Below the pieces are notes generated by a model, which saw nothing but the letters and a program-made list of their open reading frames with translations, was not told where the DNA came from and did not search any database. This document shows, one piece after another, positions 12,252-21,788 of a DNA stretch of 64,000 nucleotides. Numbering within the stretch: the stretch's first letter is position 1; every line of letters starts with the position of its first letter. Source of the DNA: Escherichia coli (GTDB lineage: Bacteria; Pseudomonadota; Gammaproteobacteria; Enterobacterales; Enterobacteriaceae); NCBI RefSeq assembly GCF_050920415.1, contig NZ_CP169309.1; one strand, 5' to 3'. A program made the translations under genes and the position numbers.

Positions 12252-12614
12252 ATGTTTCTAAACTATTTCGCGTTGGGAGTGCTGATCTTCGTCTTTCTGG
12301 TGATTTTTTATGGAATCATCGCGATACATGACATCCCTTATCTGATTGCCAAAAAGCGCAATCACCCCCATGCCGACGCTATTCATACGGCGGGCTGGGT
12401 GAGCCTGTTTACTCTGCATGTTATCTGGCCGTTCCTGTGGATCTGGGCGACGCTCTATCAACCGGAGCGTGGCTGGGGTATGCAGTCACATGTTGCGTCG
12501 CAGGAGAAAGCGACTGACCCGGAAATCGCCGCACTTTCTGACCGAATTTCCCGGCTGGAGCATCAACTCGCCGCCGAGAAAAACGCTGACTATTCCACGT
12601 TCCCGGAGATCTAA
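12252..12614 (+). CDS. yibI: Small inner-membrane protein YibI (YiaW paralogue)
   Basis: [45 protein letters not shown]...; paralogue of the ORF at 36942; immediately upstream of the HlyD-like gene as in K-12. Confidence 0.75.
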   Translation: MFLNYFALGVLIFVFLVIFYGIIAIHDIPYLIAKKRNHPHADAIHTAGWVSLFTLHVIWPFLWIWATLYQPERGWGMQSHVASQEKATDPEIAALSDRISRLEHQLAAEKNADYSTFPEI

Positions 12615-13296
12615 TTATGGATCTGTTGATTGTTTTAACTTACGTGGCGCTGGCATGGGCGGTCTTTAAAATCTTCCGTATTCCGGTGAATCAGTGGACG
12701 CTGGCGACGGCGGCGCTGGGAGGCGTTTTTCTGGTAAGCGGTTTGATTTTGTTGATGAACTACAACCACCCTTACACTTTTACCGCACAGAAAGCGGTGA
12801 TTGCTATTCCCATCACGCCACAGGTGACGGGGATCGTGACTGAAGTCACTGACAAGAATAATCAGCTTATTCAGAAGGGCGAGGTGCTTTTTAAGCTCGA
12901 CCCGGTACGTTATCAGGCGCGAGTCGACAGACTTCAGGCTGACCTGATGACGGCGACGCATAATATAAAGACGCTGCGCGCGCAGCTCACTGAAGCGCAA
13001 GCCAATACCACCCAGGTTTCAGCGGAGCGTGACCGCTTGTTTAAAAATTATCAACGTTACCTGAAAGGCAGCCAGGCGGCGGTAAATCCGTTCTCAGAAC
13101 GTGATATCGACGATGCGCGGCAGAATTTTCTCGCGCAGGATGCGCTGGTGAAAGGTTCGGTGGCGGAACAGGCGCAAATCCAGAGCCAGCTCGACTGTCA
13201 GCGCCAATGATATAAGACAGTAATTCACCATTTGGATTGTCCGCTCCACCCAACATGTTGTTTCCTTAAGGTTCCTACACCACAAAGGGAACACTC

Positions 13297-14343
13297 ATGC
13301 TGAGCAGAGAGGACTTTTACATGATAAAGCAAATGCGCCAGCAAGGTGCGTATATTGTTGATATTGCCACTCAGGTTGGTTGCTCTGAGCGGACTGTCAG
13401 ACGGTACCTGAAATACCCGGAACCTCCGGCCAGAAAAACACGCCACAAAATGGCCAAACTCAAGCCGTTCATGGACTATATCGACATGCGTCTGGCTGAG
13501 AATGTCTGGAACGGCGAGGTCATCCTGGCGGAAATCAAAGCGATGGGTTATACCGGTGGCCGTTCCATGTTGCGTTACTACATCCAGCCCAAACGTAAGA
13601 TGCGGCCATCGAAGAAAACGGTTCGCTTCGAAACTCAGCCCGGTTACCAGCTACAGCATGACTGGGGAGAAGTTGAGGCTGAGGTTGCCGGGCAACGATG
13701 CAGGGTTAACTTCGCGGTTAATACGCTGGGGTTCTCACGTCGCTTCCATGTCTTCGCGGCACCAAAGCAGGATGCTGAACATACCTATGAGTCACTGGTC
13801 CGCGCCTTTCGCTACTTCGGCGGCAGCGTGAAAACCGTGCTGGTCGATAACCAGAAAGCCGCAGTGCTGAAAAATAACAACGGGAAGGTGGTGTTCAACT
13901 CCGGGTTCCTGCTGCTGGCCGATCACTATGGCTTCCTGCCACGGGCCTGCCGTCCACGAAGGGCCAGAACCAAAGGTAAGGTGGAACGGATGGTGAAATA
14001 CCTCAAGGAAAACTTCTTCGTCCGGTACCGCCGGTTCGACAGCTTCGCCCATGTTAATCAGCTACTGGAGCAGTGGATGGCTGACGTTGCCGACAGGCGG
14101 GAACTTCGCCAGTTCAGGCAGACACCGGAACAGCGCTTCACGCAGGAACAGGTGCATCTGCAGGCGCTGCCAGGTACGGACTTCGATACCAGCTACTTCG
14201 ATATCCGTCATGTCTCCTGGGATGGCTATATCGAGGTTGGCGGGAACCGTTACAGCGTGCCGGAAAGCCTGTGTGGCCAGCCGGTATCAATACGGATCTC
14301 GCTGGATGATGAACTGCGATTTACAGTAATGAGCAACAGGTAG
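13297..14343 (+). CDS. istA: IS21-family transposase IstA, apparently frameshifted near its 3' end
   Basis: HTH N-terminus and DDE-like core. The ORF stops at 14343, but another frame continues ...[13 protein letters not shown] to a TGA at 14466-14468 that overlaps the istB ATG, the usual istA/istB junction. Confidence 0.7.
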   Translation: MLSREDFYMIKQMRQQGAYIVDIATQVGCSERTVRRYLKYPEPPARKTRHKMAKLKPFMDYIDMRLAENVWNGEVILAEIKAMGYTGGRSMLRYYIQPKRKMRPSKKTVRFETQPGYQLQHDWGEVEAEVAGQRCRVNFAVNTLGFSRRFHVFAAPKQDAEHTYESLVRAFRYFGGSVKTVLVDNQKAAVLKNNNGKVVFNSGFLLLADHYGFLPRACRPRRARTKGKVERMVKYLKENFFVRYRRFDSFAHVNQLLEQWMADVADRRELRQFRQTPEQRFTQEQVHLQALPGTDFDTSYFDIRHVSWDGYIEVGGNRYSVPESLCGQPVSIRISLDDELRFTVMSNR

Positions 14344-14455
14344 CATCGCACCGTCTCTGTTCGGCTGTATACGGCTGGCAGACCGTGCCGGAGCATCACG
14401 CCCCACTCTGGCAGCAGGTCAGTCAGGTGGAACACAGGCCGTTGAGTGCCTATGA

Positions 14456-15262
<807 letters not shown>

Positions 15263-15884
15263 TGACCAATAGCGGACATTAAAAATGGCGAAAAACGGCC
15301 AATAATCTTGGCGTTGACACGACAGTATGGTTAACGGTGAGCAGTCGCAGATTGTCAGCTTAAGGGCGCAGCTTACCGAAGCGAAATATAACCTTGAGCA
15401 GACCGTCATTCGCGCGCCGAGCAATGGCTACGTTACTCAGGTACTGATCCGCCCAGGTACATACGCAGCTGCCTTGCCGCTACGTCCGGTGATGGTTTTC
15501 ATCCCCGAGCAAAAACGGCAAATTGTCGCCCAATTTCGGCAGAACTCGCTGTTACGTCTGAAACCCGGCGATGATGCGGAAGTAGTGTTTAACGCGCTAC
15601 CTGGGCAGGTGTTCCACGGCAAACTGACTAGTATTTTACCTGTCGTGCCAGGTGGTTCGTATCAGGCGCAGGGGGTACTGCAATCATTAACCGTCGTACC
15701 CGGCACGGACGGTGTGCTGGGAACCATCGAACTGGACCCTAACGCTGATATCGATGCTTTACCCGACGGCATCTACGCCCAGGTGGCAGTTTACTCCGAC
15801 CATTTCAGCCATGTTTCGGTGATGCGGAAGGTGCTGCTAAGAATGACCAGTTGGATGCATTATCTTTATTTGGATCATTGAGGG

Positions 15885-16450
15885 GGGCGGGGGAGATTAT
15901 GGAACTTTGCTCCTTGTAAGGACTAATTATTTTTGCATATTACTTCATTGGCTGCGATGATTTTTCTTTAATATTCATTAGGTTGAGAAGTTCTTGATGA
16001 GTGTGCTCTCATTGGATTTTTTATCCGTCTTGTTCTGCCGCAGGATCAGACTATACATCGTCGAGATCGCAATGATTATGAATTGTTCCTCTGCGACGAT
16101 GCTAATCAAAAAAGTGCTGGAGTGCTTTTCCATCTATTGCGATGATGGTTTTATTATCTGAAGAATGACAGTCACACATCCAGCTAATAAAGAACTCGTG
16201 AAATTTTCCAGGACTGATACAGGACACAACTCTGGTAATGATATCGTGAATAGGAATACCATATTAAAAATCACCATATTGCTTCAACAAATCGAGATGA
16301 GTCTCACCAGAATCCTCTATATCTTCCCATCCTTCAGCTCCGGAAATGATGGCGAAAATAATCAGCACTAGGATATCTGATAATTTATACTCTACTTTCC
16401 AGACTTGTCTGTAATCGGGACAGTAGAAATATGCTCCATTAATTTTTTAA
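15885..16450 (-). pseudogene. Degenerate H-repeat (ISAs1-family) transposase remnant
   Basis: Minus-strand translation gives [11 protein letters not shown]..., then after stops and frameshifts ...AIDGKALQ...RRRGTIH...ELLNLMNIKEK, matching H-rpt transposase motifs as I recall them. Confidence 0.5.
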
Positions 16451-16915
16451 GTTCCATTTTTTCTCCTTGTTTATGTAAGGAGTGTCTGAATATATATAAG
16501 CTATGAAAACACTTATTAAATAATAAGGGATATCTTGATTATTGGACATTTAGTGCTAATTGTTTAGTGCAAAAAATCGGCGTTATATGGTCTTTACCTT
16601 TATTACCCTTGCTGTTTTCCTCCAGCCTATGAAAAGCCAGCTTCAGTAAATCGTACCGCCCGAACATTGTAAGATACAATTTACTGACAACTTAGTACAT
16701 TATTAATATCACATTTAAGCTTTTTTTTCAGATTATAAAGCCTGTCCACTTTATAATCTTTGCAATTATAAACGTATTCTTTTTTTGTTTTCATATCAAT
16801 GACACTAACCCCTCGCATGTTACTACCGTTGTCGTAATTGCTAAACACGGAGTACTTATATCCACTTTGAATAAAACTAACGCTAAAGTAATCCGTTTGA
16901 AATCTGGAGTAATGA

Positions 16916-17128
16916 TTATAAAAAATCCTGAATACATTGGTCCATCTGAAATGAATTGAAATTTATCCCATGCTGACTATTCATTTCATAAATCAACGTT
17001 TCACCAAAACTTGTTAATGACAAAGTTCCTTTGGATGTATTACATAAAAAATAATTATTTCCTGCGTTTAGAGTCCAGGGAATTCCAGATAAAAAAATAA
17101 AAATTAATGCTCTATCTATATTGCTCAT
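16916..17128 (-). CDS. Hypothetical small protein downstream of the orphan toxin fragment; possible immunity-gene remnant
   Basis: 70-aa ORF whose start overlaps the end of the orphan toxin ORF; AT-rich; no recognisable motif. Confidence 0.25.
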   Translation of the reverse strand: MSNIDRALIFIFLSGIPWTLNAGNNYFLCNTSKGTLSLTSFGETLIYEMNSQHGINFNSFQMDQCIQDFL

Positions 17129-18290
17129 AATTAGCCCTTATTCTGTCATCATATCCTCGCTGACTTTGCCCATTATAACATAGAGCAAAGTTAAGCCAAT
17201 CTTTATCTCTAATAGCACGCAATAATACAGGATTAGATTTTATGAAGTTAATGAATGCCGCCAGATGGTTTTTCTCTGACTCTGAAATCGATATTATAAA
17301 CTCTTCGGGCGAAGAGTACCCGGCAGCTTGGTAATTTGAAGCCAATATCTGAAATTTACCCCACGATGCCGATTTAAGCGCAGCTTGCTTATCTAAAACA
17401 TATGCACGAAGTAATTTTTGATATTGCTCCGATCGTGTTCCATAACCGCCAGAACGGCTGTTGGAAATATCAGGTTGAGAATCATACACACCATTCGTAT
17501 ATCGATGGAAATGATGTCTTTCAAAAAGAATTGAGGGGACGTAATCATCTTCTTGTTCAAATTTAAAATAGCTACCGGAACTACCAGTTTCAGTTTTTGC
17601 AACAGCTTTAATTGCAGCCACTTCGCATTGTAGTGTCCTTGCAGCATTTTCATAGTCTGCATCATCAATGGTATCTCCGTTATAAAATCGTAAAAATTCC
17701 AATGGAATAAGTTCATTATTTACAGGAGTTTTTGGGTAATTGCTATTATTAATAGCATTCAAAAACACAACCGGATGAAAATGCCACACAGCATCATCAC
17801 TATTAAACGGAGACACCCCGCTCATCCACTCCAGATCCAGCTGCCACTTTTCACAGTATGCCACTTCCTCGGGTCCAGATCTTTATAAAACCCTTCCCAG
17901 CGTCCCGTCGAGCGACCGCCGTACCACTCGCTGTGGTGTCTGACTGTCAGACGATTCACCACATTTCTCACCAGTGGTTCACGCACGGTCAGCGCCTGTC
18001 TGATCTCTTCCTCCGTCACTTTTCCATCACCGTCCTGATCCATACCCGCCATCAGCTCACGATAAAAGGGCGGTACCTGCTCATACAGCCACTCATCTCC
18101 CTGTTCTGCGGCACGGCTTATTGAGTCAAACGCTTCCGGCACCCATCCTTCGTACGGGCTGTACGTCATGTCACCGCTGCTGTTCTCCTCCAGCGGCTGA
18201 AAACCCAGCTTCAGTAAATCATACTGTCCGGCCTCTTCAACATCCTTCTGTGGCAGCCAGCCGGTTCCGGTGATATTAAGCCGCCTCTGG
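17112..18290 (-). pseudogene. Orphan 3' fragment of a VgrG-linked effector paralogue: EF-hand linker plus an alternative C-terminal muramidase-like domain, frameshifted near 17860
   Basis: ORFs 17822-18391 and 17112-17864 are collinear with residues about 383-556 of the 829-aa effector at 19290-21779 (NITGTGWLPQKDVEEAGQ...DQDGDGKVTEEE...AYCEKWQLDLEWMSGVSPFNSDDAVWHFHPVVFL), then diverge into a different C-terminal domain (...FERHHFHRYT...SWGKFQILASNY...). Confidence 0.55.
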
Positions 18291-18572
18291 TTTCCTTTTA
18301 ATAAAGCACTCGTGAAATTTTGCAGGACTGATACAGGATACAACTCTGGCAATGGTATCGTGAACAGGAATACCATTATCAAAATCACCATATTGCTTCA
18401 AAAAATCGAGATGTGTTTCCCCAAAATCCTCTATATCTTCCCAGCCTTCTGCACCCGAAATAACGGCACAAATAGTCAACAGTAGAATATCCGATAATTT
18501 ATGTTGCACTTTCCAGGCTTGTCTGTAATCGGGGATAATAGAAATATGTCCCATCAATTTTTTAAGTTCCAT
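18276..18572 (-). pseudogene. H-repeat (ISAs1-family) transposase N-terminal fragment, about 90 codons, fused to the orphan toxin fragment
   Basis: [60 protein letters not shown]... matches the N-terminus of H-rpt transposases; a second copy with its upstream sequence is repeated at about 16150-16600. Confidence 0.6.
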
Positions 18573-18873
18573 TTTGTTCTCCTTAATTATGTAAGGAGTA
18601 TTTGATCATGTATAAGCAATAAAAAACAGCTTTAGGTAATGAGGAATATCTCAATTTTCAAACATAAAATGCGAATTGTCTAGTACAAAAAAGCAGCGTT
18701 ACGTGATCTTTCCCTGCCTGCCTGTACGATATCCCTCAAAAATAATTTTCCAGTCAGTTATTCATGTCTAACTTAAAATCATAAAACATTTAAATTAATA
18801 ATAAACAAATTCAACCTAGTCGCATTATTATTTTAATAACACAGCATCGATTTCATAAAAAACTGCACAATGG

Positions 18874-19284
18874 TCATCCAGTCCATTTGCAATCAGTACC
18901 ATCATCATTATATGCCTCAATATTTTCTTCAAACTCAGTTGTTTTCCCACTTATTGATTTATAATGAAACAAATTAAATCTTGCACCTTGTGTGGAAACA
19001 ACATACAACCCATTAATTTTTCCATTTACAACCTCGCTCCATGCATAAGAAAATTCAGAAGGCCTGTCATCGAAAGTCACTTCTAATTTATTTATAAACG
19101 CAAGAGGTATAAATTTTGAGGATTTCTCATAAATCACATAACCTAAAAAAATATCGCCAGACGATATTTCAACAAACTTTAAATTTGTTTTCCCAGCGCT
19201 AAAACAGCCTACCGTTGTTTGTTGTTTAGCCAATAAACAACAAGGCACCAAACAAAACAGTAAAACCAATAAGTTAACTTTCAT
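18874..19284 (-). CDS. Small secreted protein, putative immunity protein for the effector at 19290-21779
   Basis: N-terminal Sec-type signal peptide MKVNLLVLLFCLVPCCLLA; GGAG ribosome-binding site; starts 5 bp after the effector stop; AT-rich. Confidence 0.5.
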   Translation of the reverse strand: MKVNLLVLLFCLVPCCLLAKQQTTVGCFSAGKTNLKFVEISSGDIFLGYVIYEKSSKFIPLAFINKLEVTFDDRPSEFSYAWSEVVNGKINGLYVVSTQGARFNLFHYKSISGKTTEFEENIEAYNDDGTDCKWTG

Positions 19285-19289
19285 ATCAA

Positions 19290-21779
19290 TTACTCCAGTT
19301 CAGTTATTCGTCTCTCTACAAATGTGGATATATTCCTTTTTTCTATTCCATATACTTTTCTATCACCCTCACGCCCTTCCTGAGGAAACGGATGCAGGTC
19401 AATTAATTCTTTCGCCCTTCTATAACCTTTTAATGCTTCTTCGTTACTCTTGATCGTCCCTCTTCGGGAGCTATCAGGATCATGCCATATCCCCCATCCC
19501 AAAGCATATACTTTATTATCATATACGTCACTATCATCAAACAAGAAATCGTCGTTCATTGCTTTCTGATTTAAATGCTCGGCAGCAAGTGAGGTAACCA
19601 ATTTATTAAATATCGACAACCGTTCATCATAATGATTATACCCTCCATTAATCACTGCTGTAATTTTATTAAAATCATCATTTTTAGCATCTTCATTTAT
19701 TCTTTTGAATATATTGAAATACCAAAACGCAGATAATACGCAATGTGGGGAGGATATAAGTTTATCTCTTGCGGAATCTGAAGATGTTACGTCCTCATTG
19801 ATATATTCCCCATAGGCGGTGTAATTACTTTCCCCTGTAACTTGTATTAAGCCTCGGCCATACCACGGACTATATGAAGCTGATTCACCATTAATTTCTT
19901 TGGTATATCTAAAATAACCGCTCTCGTGAATAATTTGAGCAAGAAAATGGGCTTTTTCTCTACAAGTGGTCATACCAAACCGAATAAACCCTGCATTTAT
20001 ATCGTAGAGGTACCTTTTGAGAAGACCTTCACTTACTGCAGGAGCAACTTTTTTTAATTCATCTAATGTTATATCTCTGTTGCAAGCACACACAGATTTG
20101 GAATTAATAGCGTCCAAAAACACAACCGGATGAAAATGCCACACAGCATCATCACTATTAAACGGAGATACCCCGCTCATCCACTCCAGATCCAGCTGCC
20201 ACTTCTCACAGTATGCCACTTCCTCTGTGTCCAGATCTTTATAAAATCCTTCCCACCGCCCTGTCGAGCGCCCTCCGTACCATTCGCTGTGGTGTTTAAC
20301 TATCAGATGATTCACCACATTTCTCACCAGTGGTTCACGCACGGTCAGCGCCTGTCTGATCTCTTCCTCCGTCACTTTTCCATCACCGTCCTGATCCATA
20401 CCCGCCATCAGCTCACGATAAAAGGGCGGTACCTGCTCATACAGCCACTCATCTCCCTGTTCTGCGGCACGGCTTATTGAGTCAAACGCTTCCGGCACCC
20501 ATCCTTCGTACGGGCTGTACGTCATGTCACCGCTGCTGTTCTCCTCCAGCGGTTGAAAACCCAGCTTCAGTAAATCATACTGTCCGGCCTCTTCAACATC
20601 CTTTTGTGGCAGCCAGCCGGTTCCGGTGATATTAAACCACCACTGCTGCGATTCATCCGTGATCGGTGTCGTGGCTTCCCGCGGAAGAACGCGCTGAGCA
20701 CCCAGTGTGGCTGCGGTTGCGGTAAATACCTCCTGTCCCGGAACGGCCTGCCGGGTGTATAAAATTATCCCTTTTGGTGCCAGAACAGTCCGTTTTTCTC
20801 CCTTAACGCCTGCCGGGTTGGATAAGAACTTTGGCATATTCGGGTCTGTACTCAGAACCTCCAGATGGACGAACCACTCGCGCTCAATCTCACCGCTTCC
20901 CTCGCCAGGATAATCCTCGCATCCCATAAATCCGACCGGTGTTCCGGCACTGACTTTCCACTCTTCCGTTTCGTCGACCGTCTGTACCGAGTCAAAAATG
21001 CCTTTTGCCTTCGCCTTCTGCATCCACTCAGGCATCAGCATCTGTATTTCGCCATCTGACTCCATCAGATCCGGATCCAGGGTCACCCAGTACTGCTCAT
21101 TCCCCGGTTTATTGCCTTCCAGCAGGCGAACCAGTCCGAATGTCGTCAGGACCGGCTGGCCGTTATTGGTCACGTAAAAACGTCCGGTCCGGGATGACAC
21201 AAACCGATCTCCCGCATTAAGTGTCCTGTTTCCGCTGATTTTCGGGGGTATCCAGTACGTGGCATGATCTCCGCTTTCCTGCCCCTCGGGAAGGCCGTTC
21301 TTTCCCGGGATGTATCGGTGCAGCAATATGCCACCATGCCCGGTTTTAACTTTATAGCAGGGGGAGCCGGGATAATCGTTCACCGGGGCCAGATGCATAT
21401 AGAGACAGTAAAATTCCAGCCAGCTTTCTTTTTTTTGCGGGTCTGGCTGGCACTGCGATTTCACCAGAACAAATGTGCTGCTGTAACGGAGTTGCTGCCC
21501 TTTGTAGGTGCCTTTCAGGTAATCATTATTTATCCGGTACGCCGCAATGGTGCCATCGGCCATAAACTGAAGAGGAACCGGTTCTCCGGTAGCGGCGGTA
21601 TCCGGTTTCAGGGCTGATAACGGATTAGACACGTCACTGATATGTATCCCGCCGTGCCACAGCCCGTTTCCACCCAGCAGCCAGGTTCCGTGCGCTTCTT
21701 TGTCAATAAGCCGCATTATCTCATCCAGCGAGCGAAACTCTTTGCCTTCTTTATCCCTGATGGGATGGCTGATTTTCAT
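19290..21779 (-). CDS. VgrG-linked multidomain putative T6SS effector (829 aa): N-terminal M23-like region, EF-hand loop, C-terminal GH19-like glycoside hydrolase
   Basis: Starts 9 bp after the vgrG stop. WHGGIHI, LYMHL and GTPVGFMG...FVHLEV resemble M23 (lysostaphin/LytM) motifs; DQDGDGKVTEEE is a canonical 12-residue EF-hand loop; AHFLAQIIHESG...YGRGLIQVTGESNY resembles GH19 signatures. No signal peptide. Confidence 0.6.
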   Translation of the reverse strand: MKISHPIRDKEGKEFRSLDEIMRLIDKEAHGTWLLGGNGLWHGGIHISDVSNPLSALKPDTAATGEPVPLQFMADGTIAAYRINNDYLKGTYKGQQLRYSSTFVLVKSQCQPDPQKKESWLEFYCLYMHLAPVNDYPGSPCYKVKTGHGGILLHRYIPGKNGLPEGQESGDHATYWIPPKISGNRTLNAGDRFVSSRTGRFYVTNNGQPVLTTFGLVRLLEGNKPGNEQYWVTLDPDLMESDGEIQMLMPEWMQKAKAKGIFDSVQTVDETEEWKVSAGTPVGFMGCEDYPGEGSGEIEREWFVHLEVLSTDPNMPKFLSNPAGVKGEKRTVLAPKGIILYTRQAVPGQEVFTATAATLGAQRVLPREATTPITDESQQWWFNITGTGWLPQKDVEEAGQYDLLKLGFQPLEENSSGDMTYSPYEGWVPEAFDSISRAAEQGDEWLYEQVPPFYRELMAGMDQDGDGKVTEEEIRQALTVREPLVRNVVNHLIVKHHSEWYGGRSTGRWEGFYKDLDTEEVAYCEKWQLDLEWMSGVSPFNSDDAVWHFHPVVFLDAINSKSVCACNRDITLDELKKVAPAVSEGLLKRYLYDINAGFIRFGMTTCREKAHFLAQIIHESGYFRYTKEINGESASYSPWYGRGLIQVTGESNYTAYGEYINEDVTSSDSARDKLISSPHCVLSAFWYFNIFKRINEDAKNDDFNKITAVINGGYNHYDERLSIFNKLVTSLAAEHLNQKAMNDDFLFDDSDVYDNKVYALGWGIWHDPDSSRRGTIKSNEEALKGYRRAKELIDLHPFPQEGREGDRKVYGIEKRNISTFVERRITELE

Positions 21780-21788
21780 GTTCAGTCC

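Noticed and set aside
15327-15881. 184-aa ORF and the 197-aa ORF at 12617-13210 as independent genes
   Set aside because: They are the two halves of yibH separated by the IS21-family insertion, not separate genes.
16165-16371. 68-aa plus-strand ORF, and the similar one at 18270-18485
   Set aside because: Both are antisense to the H-repeat transposase remnants; they recur only because the remnant is duplicated.
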